A DNA stretch of 64,000 nucleotides from Marsupella aquatica. Its lineage: Eukaryota; Plantae; Marchantiophyta. Of the stretch, positions 25,391-38,199 are shown piece by piece. The notes under the pieces were generated by a model, which ran no database searches, was not told where the DNA came from, and saw only the letters and a program-made list of their open reading frames with translations. Both the position numbers and the translations under genes were made by a program. The stretch is from positions 4,665,876 to 4,729,875 of the forward strand of contig OZ316897.1 of assembly GCA_973895155.1 (NCBI GenBank), read 5' to 3'. Every line of letters begins with the position of its first letter. Within the stretch, counting starts at the first letter, position 1.

Positions 25391-26212
25391 CTGCAGCACG
25401 AACAAGAAGAAGCATTTTACAATCTTAGTCAAGTTACAAAACGGAAGCAATCACCACATAGTTGGCGTGGCCGTAATGACCATTCGCTTCACCACAAGCG
25501 CGTGTCTGCCGCGAAATTGAGACACCATCACTCCTTAGATCCATCAAACTCAAAATTCATCATGACATGCAGCAGCCTCTAAGTCCCACGAGGCTTGGCA
25601 GACTTATCTGTAAGGCATATTCTATACAGGTCATTAAGAAGGTAACAGGTGCTGGCTGGCGCTCTGCTAGCGCTGAATGAACGGGTCAAACAAAATGTCA
25701 CAATGTTGAAGCATCCTACGGAATCAATGAGGTGTACCAGGAAACAAAGACCTCGGTGTACACTCACATGGAACGACAGCTACATCTCTGCTTCTCTCGA
25801 ATTGAGAAAAGAAAGCCAATTATTTTCCACTTTACCCGCAGCCGGGAAAGATACCTTCAGTTGGTCGGTTTGGCAAGAGCCTCGTTGAAAAGTGTGGGCT
25901 CACGGATTGCCCATTCATTGACACGACAACAAAACTACCCGGCTATGGGCGTTGTTGAGACGTCCAACTGGAAGAGGGCTTTGGAGCAAGGATTGCAAGA
26001 ACATAAGTTCCCTTGGTCAAAATTACCGAGGTCAGGCATCTACGCAGGATAAATGGTCGAGTTATTAGTTTGGAGAGATTTACACTGACCAAGATTTGGA
26101 ATCGTACTAGCAACACCGAGAAGGAATTCTACACAAAGTAAAATTGTCGCGTCTAGGGTTTCTCTACGACTGAATTATAGCACCGTCAATTGCGCATTTG
26201 AAAAAAATTTAC

Positions 26213-26491
26213 CTCGATCGCACCAGGCCAACGTTGAAGATCTGAATCACTTGTATCCATCTTGAAGTTGTCGGAGTCGAACGGTTCTGGAGGTGTACAT
26301 GACATCATCTTGCAACTCGACGAAAAATTTGGTAATACAATGGGATGGGAAGACGGACGCCCGCAGCGGGTTAGATCTACCGCCATTCCGTCCGATCCAC
26401 AGTTATTAGAGCAAGGGGTGTGGTGGCACATAATCGTTGAACGTTCTCCTTCGACTGCTACACAGATTCTTTCGTATCTGTCTGCTTGCAT
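26213..26491 (-). CDS. First coding exon of the MATE gene (start at ATG 26491 or in-frame Met-Cys ATG 26431)
   Basis: ORF 26186..26491 ends DLQRWPGAIE followed by the donor GAG|gtaaat at 26213/26212. A phase-0 join to IVHELRQLG gives the RWP..E..E motif typical of this MATE clade. The intron is 25391..26212 (822 nt). The protein is 572 aa from Met-Cys or 592 aa from the first ATG. Confidence 0.85.
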
Positions 26492-27044
26492 TACGGTATC
26501 ACAAGACTATGAACAGATGGCTCGAAACTTCCCCTTCGAATTCCAGCTCTAAATGGTCGGTCAAGCGCTGCTTTGCACTCGGGATGACCTTCCTGCGCTG
26601 CTTTGCACCCGCCCTGACCTTCGTCAAAGATCAGCCACCCTACTTCAGACCTCTCGCACTCGCGAAAGTCTAATGTAGATGCTCGAAAGCCCCTACGCAC
26701 AATAGCTATGGTGGTCCACCGGCATTACGTTAAGGGGTTTGGGAAGCCACCGCCCTTGGCGTGCGCGAGGTTGCTTCATTGAGAAAAGACACGGTCGCTT
26801 CTGCCACATGCAGCAGAATGAGTCCCCAATGAAACACACTTTCTTTCTGTTGGAGAACACTCTTACTTGTACAGTTTCTTCCTACGACTGTCAACGGACT
26901 TCTTCTTCTCCTCTTTTCTCCTGCTTGCGTTATTACCAGTCCATCGCAACGTCAGAGACGATGGCAGAGAGGGAGTGCGCAGCGACTGTTGCCGCAGTTG
27001 CGTCAGTCTCCTCTTATTCTCTTCAAGCTGTTCGCTGGTTAACC

Positions 27045-27506
27045 CTGGAAAGGAAAAGGATTAAAAAAGGACAAAACAAAAACTCCTTCCCTGGACCTCC
27101 TCGCCTGACGTGTGCATCAGAGGTGGCGTACTGTTTCCCCTCTCTGTTACGGGAGGGCGCGTCAAGTGCAGTGCTGTTCGTGTGTGATGTGCTTGATTAG
27201 ACCTCTTGAGGTCCCCACAGAACCTCTTTTTCATTCCTGCTCGCGCGCTCCCTCGCTCATGCTCCTCCGTCCTTCCCTTCCCGGCCTAGCTCATGCTCCT
27301 CCGTCCTTCCCTTCCCGGCCTAGCTCATGACCCGTCCCCGTCCTCTCTTCTTTTAAGACTCGGTCTGCAGTTTCGTCCGTCACTTCTTATCTAGCGACCT
27401 CCAGGACCTCCTTCCACACAATTGAAAGATTGCTGCTTTCGTAAGCAATCAATCTAGCTTGCTTGCTTGCTTCGCAGACAGACCAGCATGCCTTGAACAC
27501 TCGTAC
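27045..27506 (-). other. Putative 5' UTR intron of the MATE gene
   Basis: Strong minus-strand acceptor (ttttgttttgtcc...tttcctttccag|gg) at 27045. Candidate donor gag|gtacga at 27506; the donor choice is uncertain. Confidence 0.45.
27255..27329. repeat. Perfect 34-bp tandem duplication in the MATE leader region
   Basis: gctcatgctcctccgtccttcccttcccggccta x2.2. Confidence 0.9.
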
Positions 27507-27748
27507 CTCTCCTCCTCTCTCGCTGGAAGGGATAAGCAGGCGTACAATTGTTAGAGCATCCCAGAGCTCGACTTTGAGTACTCCACCACTACAATAGTGC
27601 GATCCTCTCTCGCCGTCCTAGTTGTGCCCTTCATTCATATCAATCCCCTCATTCATCACTCACTCGTTCCCTATCCCACTCTGCCTTGCTAGCTCTCACT
27701 GAAGCTATCATCCTTTCAAGCAACAGCAACACTAGCACCGCGGCGAGC

Positions 27749-27754
27749 TATATA
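27749..27754 (-). promoter_or_regulatory. Candidate TATA box (ctatatag) upstream of the MATE leader
   Basis: TATATA in a GC-rich context about 1.3 kb upstream of the start codon. Leader-like sequence continues to about 28.4 kb, so the true TSS may lie further upstream. Confidence 0.3.
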
Positions 27755-29584
27755 GTCCACCGCAGGTATCAGCCATGGCTGGCTCTCTGGCTTTACTTGC
27801 TGGGGAGCAGTAGTAACAGCAGCAGCAGCTGCAGCGCTGGTGGACAGAATACTAGACGAGACGCACGCACGCATGCGCACACGCGCACCGGTGAAAGAAT
27901 GAATATTGAGTGCTGTTTTAGTCACGCATGCGGGGCGGTTATACTCCTCCATTCTGACTTCTTCCTCTCTCCCCCCAGATCCATCTCGTCTCCACTGATC
28001 TTCCCCACAGCTACCCAGGAGCAGACTATCGGAGTGTACTTCTGCATGAAAACCCTTCCCATCGACCATCTGAATTCCCCAGCCAGCCTCCCTCTAGGAA
28101 TCCTACACCTCCTACCTCTTCTTTTTTTCTCAGAATCTTCCGCCCGACTTCCTTCTCGTCAGGATTTTTCTCTCCTCCTTCCTTCTTCAATTCACCAAAC
28201 GAACTCACTCGTCTCGCGAGGCAGCAACCGACATAGAGAGAGAGCAGAAGACGAGCAGAGAAACCCCTTCAAGACCAGAATTGTCTCTCAAATACTTCTC
28301 TGCCCGACTCAGCAAGTACTCCCTGCATCCCTCGCTCCGCTCTCCTCCCTCCCTTCCCACCGGATGGGCTCAACAGGGCGGTCGAGCAAAGCCGCGCACC
28401 ACTACTCGTCGCACCTCCCGTGATCCGTCCAAGGCCAGCACGCAAGCGCCAGATCCAATCTAATAATAATAACTAGGACAACGGTGTCAAGCTTTGGTGC
28501 TGCCGCACCTGTCTCTCGGCGTGTTCTTTATTTGCGGTCGTTATGAACATCTTGCCCGACCTCTGTGTTTCCGTCATTTCGCCGGAAACTAGTTCTGCGG
28601 GCTTCGGACCGTATTATTATATCAACTTTGTACCACGGTACCATCGGCGAGACACAGTCAGTACAGTAGGGTCTGGGTCCGCAGCGGATAAAGCTTTACC
28701 CGGAACAGAGCTAAGGACCCCTCCCAGACTCCCAGTTCGATCATTATTCCCCAATCCTTCTTTCCACGGAGTCAACTGCATCCCACTCGTCAGTATAGAA
28801 CAGTAGTTAAATACGGTGTTTTGTACTGTATATCCACTGGCGGTAAAATTCCCCGGAGGTATTAACAAAAGCGGAATAAAGTGGAAATAAAGCGGAAATT
28901 TCTGGATTTTCTAAGAAATATGATACCGTAGCCGGTAGACAAGCGGGTGGACAAACGGACGGACGGGGGCCGAACGGCGAGAGAGCGCAAGGGGGCCCCC
29001 ACCGCACTAATCACTACTATGCTGCTACTACTACTACTACTTCGAAGCTATGCCGGACCTGACGAGCCCCTGCTCCTGTGCTCGCTGGCTGGCTGGATGG
29101 CTGAGTGGCTGGGCTCTCCTGCCAAAGTGATGCCACGCCGGCGCTCTCCTTCCTGCCTGCCTGCAAGAAGAGTTAATCGTACTTCTGTACCTCGTTGGTT
29201 GTCCCTGCCTGACCAGAGCCGTCAAGCAAGTACTCCGTGGACACAAACTGCAGGGACGCAGGGTCGGGCAGGGCTGGCGGGGTGGGTGGGGCGGCGGGCG
29301 GACACCTACCGTAGCTGCTGGATGCTGGCCCGGCTGGGAGGGAGGCGGGAATGGAATGGAATGTGCCTGTCGGGGGAAGAGAGCGCTACGAACAAAGGCG
29401 ACCCCGCTTCCCACTCCCACAATTTTGTCTGCCTGTCTCGCCACCGCGTGGCAAGGACGCGAGCAACTGGAGTTACTGTTGAAGCCAGCATGAAAACAGA
29501 CAACCGGTGCCCGGTGACGGCGTGCTCGAGACCGCTTTCGGCCCTGAAAGTCACCAGTGTGGTATCACGGTATGCAGTATGAAC

Positions 29585-29914
29585 CAGCGTATTTTTTAAG
29601 GATTTCACTTTTTCGCCAGAGTGGCGAATGTAAAATGTGTGAATAAAAAGATACTCAGAAGATTTCTTGTTCAATTATTTTTTTGACCATCAGATCTCTC
29701 TAGACTTAAGACTGACCGTTAGATTTAGGCTAATGGAACCTAATCTATCTCTCTAGATTTAAGACTGACCGTTAGATTTGGGCTAATGGAACCGGGGATT
29801 AGGTGAAACACTCGCTAATGAGCCAGCTAAATAGTAACGAATTTTTGCCAAAAGTGGCCAAGGATTTTGGGGGAGGTGGAATCTAGCTAATTTTCGCCAC
29901 TAAAAAAAACACTG
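29585..29914. mobile_element. 330-bp hAT-type MITE (family C)
   Basis: TIRs cagcgtattttttaa / taaaaaaaacactg; 8-bp TSD gtatgaac / ctatgaac (7/8); internal ~53-bp tandem duplication at 29695-29793. Confidence 0.8.
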
Positions 29915-32399
29915 CTATGAACCTCATCAAGGTGTTATTCTTTTACTAGGCGATGCCGGGGATGGATGCGGTCACAGCAATGGGAATATGGGACGAATCT
30001 AATTAATTTCGTTCTCTTTATCAGGATCACTGGGCGTTTCTTGTACCCCGCTGCCCTATTTAGTGTTTTCAAAAAACTCCAAAAATTCCCATTGCGGCGA
30101 TGTGAACCCACGTTAATGTCGTTTCTTTTATGGTTTTGGTGATTGGAATGATTCTATAATAACGGGAAAGTAGACCGATGACCAAAAAGGTTTCTCGATA
30201 AGGTAAATTTTGACTCCCCCTTGTAAAGAAGCCACCTGGCCTGCTCAAAATGAACAGTTTTCAATTGGTGCTTTTGGTTTGTCCTAGGACAATATTTTCT
30301 TCGTATTTTCGTCCATATGGAATCGGAACAAAAGCCCCTTACGAGTTTTGAGTATCTTGTTTTTTGAGTAAGGCCTTTAAATTCATTTTGGAACCCCAGT
30401 TCGAAATTGACACAGAGGAGAGCACAAACCGCCCTCAATAACAAAAAGTTGTTAATTGACTATGCAGTTAAATAGTGGACCTGGACCTCTTGGTTCCCCA
30501 CAGTCATACAGACCATTGTCACTCTGGAAGTCTACTAGGAGTGTAAAAGTCAGATTCTTATATATTAAAATGAAATCACATAATAATACTTAGTTGTTGG
30601 CATTAATTATTGCTTGCCCAGGCAGAATTAATTGTTCACTGACAGAGCTAGGCTAAGCTAGCCCTTGTTTTGTCATTTAACATAATGTGTACTTCTGTTA
30701 AGAATTGTCTATTTTTAATTCGTATTTTTTCGATTGAATAGTTTTCCTTTTAATTTGCTAAAGAATGAAATACTGGATGACAAAGATTTAAACCCCCTTT
30801 GATCCCCAAACTGTGGCACGACAAAATAGTTATTTCCTTACTCTGTTAAGAACATTGTTGATTACATGTGATAATAGGATCCACTAGATCTTGCTTAGGG
30901 ACAATCAGGGAGTACGCTACACTGAACTGGCGGCCGCACTTTTTTGCCTGGGTGGTTCCATATATGGCAGGCCGACTTGTTGCAAGCCCTGTCAAAGTTC
31001 AACCCCTCTTGCTTACACATGCCCTAAAAGCACTTCCCAGTGTAGTTTTGGCCACAATTTTGGGGGGTCAGTAGCCCGGACTACGAACAACAAGTACAAA
31101 GATTGAGATGCCCGACTAATGTCCTTATCCCTTCTCATGTGTGCTATGTCTTTTACCCTCCCTCAGGTTGTCTTATTATTTCTGACTACCTCTATTGACT
31201 TCACTTCAATTAGTCAAAATAGTTAGTGCAGGAATTGAGGCAAAATAATCGAGAACAGCCATCAGAAATCCCATATATTCCTCATGGTATGAATGCTGTG
31301 ACACCAGCGGACCCTTCGTCTCCAACTCCTGCAACGGCTATGAGTGTAGGCCCACAACAACACCCAGGTCCCTTGTGCATTGTCTAAAAATTGATTTGAG
31401 CAGAATTGGAGGTGGAGTCCACCCATTTCGATCTGTGTGCTCCTCTAATGTGAGCTGAAATCCAGGAGCTAGTCCAAACCGTCCATTAAAAAACGACAAA
31501 GGCATTCCACTTAGTTCCAAAACCCAAAACAACAAACCACTGCCAGCCTTTGGCTATTTTGTTTACTAATTTAGCTCTGCATTAGAGGGAGAGGAAAGCA
31601 TGCCCTAAACCTTATTCGATGGACGTGGAAATAGGTTTTGATATGGGAGATAACTTTTTCACATTCTTGATGGGTGATGTTCTTGTCTGGGTTCATACAT
31701 TGTGAATATCCGGATAAGAACAAAGTTTGTCCACCTCTTATGACCTGCATTCTGTGTCAACCTTCCCTGGTCCCATCTTGTATGGCTTTTGCTAAACCAT
31801 AAGTTATCAACCTGGTTGGGGTCATTGTAGCGTGTGAGAGAACAGTAAAAATATTCTTAAAACAGTGAAAACATTCCTTGCACAAGCAAAAGTTTTACTC
31901 ACATCACCCCTGTTTTTCTATATCCAACTGCCTTGCTAATAGCAAACCTAGTTCGTAACATCCAGACTCCCATTTTGGCTAGCAAACTCGCAAGCCATTT
32001 GGAGTTTTAGAAAACACTAAAAACACATAGGGCAGCAAAAACCAAAAGAAATTTAACCACTAGTGACTCGCTAACAACACTCTCCTCGCTATCAAAATTC
32101 CTGTTTGCTTGCATTATAGAATACCTCCAACCACATGTATGCATATAGTCAAGCTCTCTCCACCCAATTGAACACCTAACCTGCAACCCTAATTCTAGGC
32201 TGTTGTTTACCAAAAGTACAACAGATATTGGCCTCCCTGCCATTTGCCACTTTCCTCATAGCATCAATGGATGGATCTACATAATGCCCGTGCTCAACTT
32301 TCTTGTTGCTTCAGTTGGGTCTAAATTCCCTTTGATTGCTCCTTGCTGCAGAGTTTGATGTATGTTTTGGTTAAATCTATTACAAGTCCAATGCCTATG

Positions 32400-32560
32400 T
32401 GTTGCACACTTATCATTGCGGTTGTGTTGTGATTGTGGCCAGGTTGTCACTGCAGCCATGGTGTGGTTGTGGAAGTGTTACCATTTCGGCCATGTCATTT
32501 GTGCAATCGCCTTGTGGTTGCAGAAATGTTATCATCTTGGCTGGGTGGTTGTCATTGCAA
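32400..32560 (+). repeat. Degenerate TG-rich repeat family (tgtggcc / gttgtcattgc motifs); also at about 59140-59270 and 60370-60520
   Basis: Recurring motifs gttgttgcagtcatg, ttgtggccatgttgtcattgc in three places. Confidence 0.5.
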
Positions 32561-34485
32561 AAAAGTTGTCATTCTACTTGATGTTCTTGCTGGGGAGGTT
32601 CCTGGACACAAAAAGGGAACCTTTTTTCTCTCGCCTCCCCTGTTTTCCTATGTATTTTTTTCTCCTTTTCTTCCTTCTTCCTCCTGTTGCATACCTTTTT
32701 CCTTGCTTGGCCCTCTTATTCCCCCCTCTCTCCCTCGCCCTTCTAGCTCATTTGTCCTTGTTCCCTCCTGCTAACTCGCTAGCCTGCCCGAATTGGCTTG
32801 CCTGCCAACATGCACCCACCCTGCACAGCGGTTAGCACGCAAGAGCCACGGTTGGGAAGTAAGGAATTGAAGGGCGGGGGCAGGATGAGCTGCTCACCCT
32901 GGAGGATTGGTCATGTGAGCCAGGACATGCACCAATTGCAAGTTCTAGATGGCCGGTGGCAGGCCTGCAAGGATGCTTTGGCTTATGTGAAGGTGTGTGG
33001 AAAGATCTAGCAAATCAAACAGACATAAAACAATCCGCCATATTGAATATTGTAAACTGACCAGGGGAGAAATGAAGGAAGACTTTTTATTGGAGTGTTT
33101 AGATAATACTCTTACTTCCCACTTTTACAGCTCTAGGCCTTAGAACATGTGCATAATTTGAGGGAGAATCACATCATTGCATTTCTATGTCAAAACGTTG
33201 TGAGATGACAGTGCATTTCTCACTCTTTGTGCCAAGACGCTTGCCTTGTCAGCTCTGGTCAGCATGATGTGCAGTTGGTGATTTTGTTCCTGCATGAGAG
33301 CACAAGTTGATTCTTTGACAACGATTCAATGGTTGGCCAGGTGCATGTTCTGTTTTCCTCTGCTTTAAATAAATGCTCGCCACTTCAGGTTGATCTGTAG
33401 TGCTTTCAATGATTGGGTATGGTGGTGGTCATCCTTGAGAAACTCAACTGCACTAGCTTGAGTTTGCAGATCCTCACCAAAAGAATAATTTATAAAAGTT
33501 TGGTAAAGTCCGGTAGCATGGGTGAGTGGCCTGCAGTTGTGTCTAAAATGAAAGGTGATACACAATTTCGTTTCCTGGCAGATTAATTATGGGAGAGTGG
33601 CCTCCAGTTCTGCCTTGTTGAAGGTGAAACACAATTTAGTTTCCTGGCAGTGTACAGGGGGTGAGACTAGAGGCCAAACTCACTTTTGCTGTTGGGAAGC
33701 TCCCTTGTGTTCTTCTCAAGATGTGCATGGGACGGCTGTTGTGCGTGATTCAGTTCCCTGCTGGGTGCAGCTACATCAATGTGAGTTTTTCACAATTCAT
33801 TTTTTAGACTTTATGGAAACTGACCTGTTGGCTTAAGAGGTGATTCCATCTGCGGTATTCTCCCCTAGAGTTTTAGAAAACTTTATTATGTTCAAAATTA
33901 CAACCAACAAGCTCAAGATGCTTCATCATAGATATATGAACAGTGCTTTTGCTTACAGGCTACGCACTGTCCTAACACATTGTGAACACGAGATATTGAT
34001 AGTTTAGTTTTACTTTTGTTTCCTTTGAGCTTGAGCCCTCACCAGTCGCGAGTCTACTTGTCAAGGAGTTGACAAGGCTGTTTTGGTGGCGCGGTTGCTG
34101 CTGTGAGGGGCAATACTTTTGGGAGCTTCTGAGTTCAACTTGGAGGCATGGTGACTGCCTACACTAGTTGCTTACACCACAAGTTCCCAAAAGCACTCTG
34201 GGTAACGTGTAGTACTCATATTGCATAGAGTACAATCATGTGTGTGACAGGGCATGAGTAGAGATTTGTGTATGAGTGTCATCTCATTAGATCACCATAT
34301 GGGGTAATCCACTCATCCAAACCACATCTATAATTAGCCGATGCTTTTTAAGAAATTATATTTCTAGGGCTGGAGGGTCTTATGATGGGAAGGTAGTGGG
34401 AGAGCCTCAAGGGTAGGTCTACTTTTCACCTAGGCACAGCAGCCAGCAGGCCCCTTTTATAGAGGGGCAGGGTGTGGGAGTAATA

Positions 34486-34735
34486 GGGTGTCTCAAAGCT
34501 TCAAAATTATGGATGATGGCTTTTGGCCCCAAAGGAATGATCATACCTTTTCACAAGGGTATATAAAAGTTTTATTTATTTTTCATTATCTCCGCAGTGA
34601 TTACAGGTAATGGCATATGATCACTCTTTATGTCAAAAAGTTATGGACTGCAAATTTGGTAGGATGTAACTTTTTGTGTCTGTAATCCATAACTACAGAG
34701 TGAAGGTCCATCAAATTCTGACCTTTAAGATGCCC
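34486..34735. mobile_element. MITE family D (TIR ggg(t/c)(g/a)tctcaaag), copy 1
   Basis: gggtgtctcaaag ... ctttaagatgccc, flanked by taata / taatg. Confidence 0.65.
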
Positions 34736-34746
34736 TAATGATAATA

Positions 34747-35250
34747 GGGCATCTCAAAGCACGGCCTTAACAAGTTATGAGTTGGCTATAAGGACTGAGT
34801 TACAAGAATGACCATAAATTGACTTCAGTAGGAAAGTGTCGTGGCCGTTGACCAAAACCTGTATCTTTAACTCTGCTTCGTAATACGGTGCGCAAACATT
34901 GTGTAATTTTTTTGTCTTTTTGTCTATCCAACATTCCCAAAGGACTTTGAATTCGCATCTTCACAAAATAGAGTCATCACAACATCTTGTCATCCAGGGA
35001 CAGTTCAAACGACATGCCAGTCATTGTGTATGATTAGAATGCTATCGTGACCACTTGTCAAGGTAATAGACTTGGTCTCGTCCGACAGGGATGGGCCAAA
35101 AGCACTTACTCTGAGCGGGAGCACTCATAACTGATCCCTTAATATGGCATGAGTCAATGCATATACCCCCTGCAACCAATGGCCAATAAAGTCTTGTCAT
35201 AAGGTGTTTTATGGACACAACTTTCCTTATGGCCCTGCTTTGAGACACCC
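34747..35250. mobile_element. MITE family D, copy 2
   Basis: gggcatctcaaagcacggcc ... ggccctgctttgagacaccc, flanked by taata / taata. Confidence 0.75.
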
Positions 35251-36755
35251 TAATAGATGATTACTTTCTTGGTAACCCTACCATTGCAGACAGCAATTCT
35301 AGTTGAAGTGTGGACTTAATTGATTTCCTTGTTGTTCTTTGGGAAACCCAACGTTCCCAAAGGACCACAATTTGTCTTTGGGAACTTTGGGTAGACAAAA
35401 AGGCAAAAAAAAACGATCTGGACGCACACAGCCACTTAGGTTACTCATTTCCAAATGGTACACTGTGGGTGCACATAGTACATTCCACCATTTTGTGAAA
35501 TTGTGTAGTAGGTCGGCAGTTGTTGCCCAGTAACAATTATTCTATTGAGTATCCACATTGGTTGCCCCTTAAATTTGGTTTGAATTGTTGGCCTGCTACA
35601 GAACCACTACAAGTTTACAAGATAATCCACTTACATAAACAGTGGTAGAAAATGACTTTTTACCTGGGTTTTGTAGCACAGCTACAGTCTGGAAACCATC
35701 AATAATAGTGTTAGGAGGATGGGTTGATAGACTTCTCAATTTAATGAGGAAGACAAAGAAATTTGACGAAGCGTTGTATGCAAGCTGCTCCCAGGAGAAA
35801 ACCCAATGTTTTGGTAGGAAGGGTTTCACATTCCAAATATGTCCTGAAACATGAAATTTGAAGAAGCAAATGAAGATACACATACTATCTGTTTGATACA
35901 CATTCCAAGCATAACGTGAAACAGTCAAATCTTACGGAGGGCACTGTAGGTTATACAAGTGGAAATTGGGAGTGATACCAAAGCCTGGGAGCCACGACTA
36001 GCAAAGAAGAAACCCTACAACCTATATGGGTGTTAGTGTGAGCATCTAATTAGTGTGAATGAAAAACTAGTGTTTCTAACCATAAATGGGGTAGGGCTCA
36101 TGGATACTCATTCATGTTGTGCTACGAATTGACTTTCAGTTCTCGACTTCTAGTTAGTTTGGCCTTACTAGGGTCAGTTGGCCCTTGGTTAGTTTAGGAT
36201 AAGATCCATTTATTTAGGCTCACACATCTTATTTTCCCTTGGGGAGTATAGGTTGGAGGGAGAGCATTCTCTCCCTCATTCTTCACATGTGCTCTCTTAT
36301 GCTATGGATCTTTCAAGAGTGTCTCGTCGATGTAGCGTCTGATCGAGTGTCTCTCTCATGTTTCGCATTGCTAGTCCGGAACCGACGGTTTCTTACATGC
36401 TACAATCAAGGATTTTTATGCTGGACCTAGGCCACCTACCTTCTTTCTATTTGGGGGAAAAAAAACTGTTTAAATGCATGCAAAGATTCACCAGAAGTAG
36501 CGTGAGTAACTCCAATTAATGTAGTCATTTGCCCTAGTAGCTTGTAAATACTAGAATCTGACCTGTACTCCACCAATCGATAAACTGTTGATTGTTCATT
36601 TGTAACATAAAGTTTAGTGTTATTCTCAGCTTACATCTATCTGAGATCTCTTTCTTGGGTGTAGAGTAGAACTGTAAGTGATTACGATTTCTTTAGTGTC
36701 CTTTCCAGCCTTTCCAAATGGTAGCAAACACTACACACCTGTCCACTCTCACCTA

Positions 36756-37000
36756 TGGGTACCTCAGTGAAAGGGGGGTCAAGTATCACCTTCAACGTTT
36801 TAGGCACAAAACATACTCCCCGTATAATATGATAGTATTCTACTGCCATTTTTCTCAAAATGAGGTTTTAAAACACCATATTTTAAAAATTTACCTCTAA
36901 TGTTTCTTAAAAAAAAAAAACATAATCCTTTCACTAAACCCAATAAAAACCTACATTTATTTGAGCGGGATGAATGGAGACAAAATAAGTGAGGATCTCG
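36756..37000 (+). mobile_element. MITE family A copy
   Basis: Shares ctttcactaaacccaataaaaaccta...aaaataagtgagga with the 19159 copy. Confidence 0.6.
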
Positions 37001-37024
37001 GGGGCCAAGAAGTCATTGGGACAT

Positions 37025-37279
37025 CAGCCCGGTTAATTTTAAGGGATTTTTTATGGCCAAAGTGGCCATTGTAACTTTGTGTGAAGGTAATGATGTTAAG
37101 AATATTTCTTAGTTAATTTTCTTAGACTAATTTCTGGCCATTAGATCTCCATACATTTAACAACTACCATCACAAACTAGCCAATTCAAGAAAGAAACCC
37201 AAGACTGTGAACTAAATCTGGACAAGACTTTTCATTAAGGTGTAAGTTGGCCAATTTCCGCCACTACAAGAGAACAATG
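37025..37279. mobile_element. Diverged family C-like MITE
   Basis: Start ttttaagggatttt...gccaaagtggc and end tttccgccactacaagagaacaatg resemble the ends of the 29585 element. Confidence 0.45.
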
Positions 37280-38199
37280 GGATTTAAGGACTTAGGGACA
37301 ATGCTGAGCTGGCCTAGGCCATTGAGCAGGTTTTCAATGAGGTTTTAGGCCTCAGTGCTCCTGCATGGATAAGGTGAGGTGGCTTTAATGAGCTTCTCTT
37401 TGTTTCTTCGATGTCTTCAAACTCTTTTCCGAGAAGTTCTTGGGCATGACCCACACATATTTAGAATGCATGACTAGTGGTCCTCGATCTCACTTTGCAC
37501 TGTTTTTTCTTTGCAAACAAAATAAGATGCAAAAGCCAAGTATCTTGAGCCACCAACCTGATTCGAACTGCGCATGATTCTCGTTCCAAAACAAAAAACA
37601 AACACAAACAATGCTACGAGGTGGGGGAGGAGAGCCGTCATCATAAGTTACTGTAGTTATCCAGGACAACAACACAAACACAACCAACACTACGGAGGGA
37701 AGAGAGATAGTCATCATTAGACTTTGATGAGATATATCCAGAACATTGTCACCGTACACGACAGATATTTGTATTTGTCGTCTACTCTATTGCCCCTTTG
37801 CAAAGAATCGGATGGGAGCAAATAACTCAGATAGTTGCAAGGAGCGGCTAAGATTTATCCACGGGGGCAGCTGACTAATTAAAATCGATTTTCGCGCACC
37901 CTGAGAAAGTTGTGCGTTTCGGGGTAACTTAGAATAGATTTAGAGTATTCTGTCGTGGGTCCCCTTAGGTCCTAAACCACTGTGGTTTCCAGATAGAGTA
38001 AACTTTATTAAATTTGAAAGGACAGTTATTTTATCTTACTGATATAAATTTCAAAAAAAACATTTCTAGAGAGAACAACAGTGAGGGATATGCTTAAAAG
38101 ATCTCCAAACAACACTTTCTTGCCTGATCAACCCCCACACCATTTGATACCCAATGGACCCCCTATAACAGTTTCTTATAGATAGTTATTATGAGGAGC

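Larger units (their letters stand above)
20140..30450. other. CpG-rich genic island surrounding the MATE gene
   Basis: CG dinucleotides are visibly abundant here and scarce in the flanking repeat DNA. Boundaries are approximate and judged by eye. Confidence 0.7.

Noticed and set aside
25391-25450. ORF-track N-terminus MLPFCNLTKIVKCFFLFVLQ of the MATE
   Set aside because: It is the 3' end of the intron (TTG start, pyrimidine tract, CAG acceptor).
24205-25582. Short ORFs overlapping the MATE CDS
   Set aside because: Shadow frames of the real gene.
27870-27932. CATGC motifs as iron-deficiency or RY elements
   Set aside because: A 5-mer is too short to support a call without conservation data.
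27686-28423. 245-aa plus-strand ORF
   Set aside because: Non-ATG start, low-complexity Ser/Leu/Pro composition, antisense to the MATE leader; expected by chance in GC-rich DNA.
28947-29582. 211-aa plus-strand ORF and overlapping minus-strand ORFs
   Set aside because: GC-rich promoter-like DNA with microsatellite-derived runs and no recognisable domain.
29950-31330. Possible long-range inverted ends (gtcacagca...ggaatatggga)
   Set aside because: Similarity is short and gapped, and there is no TSD.
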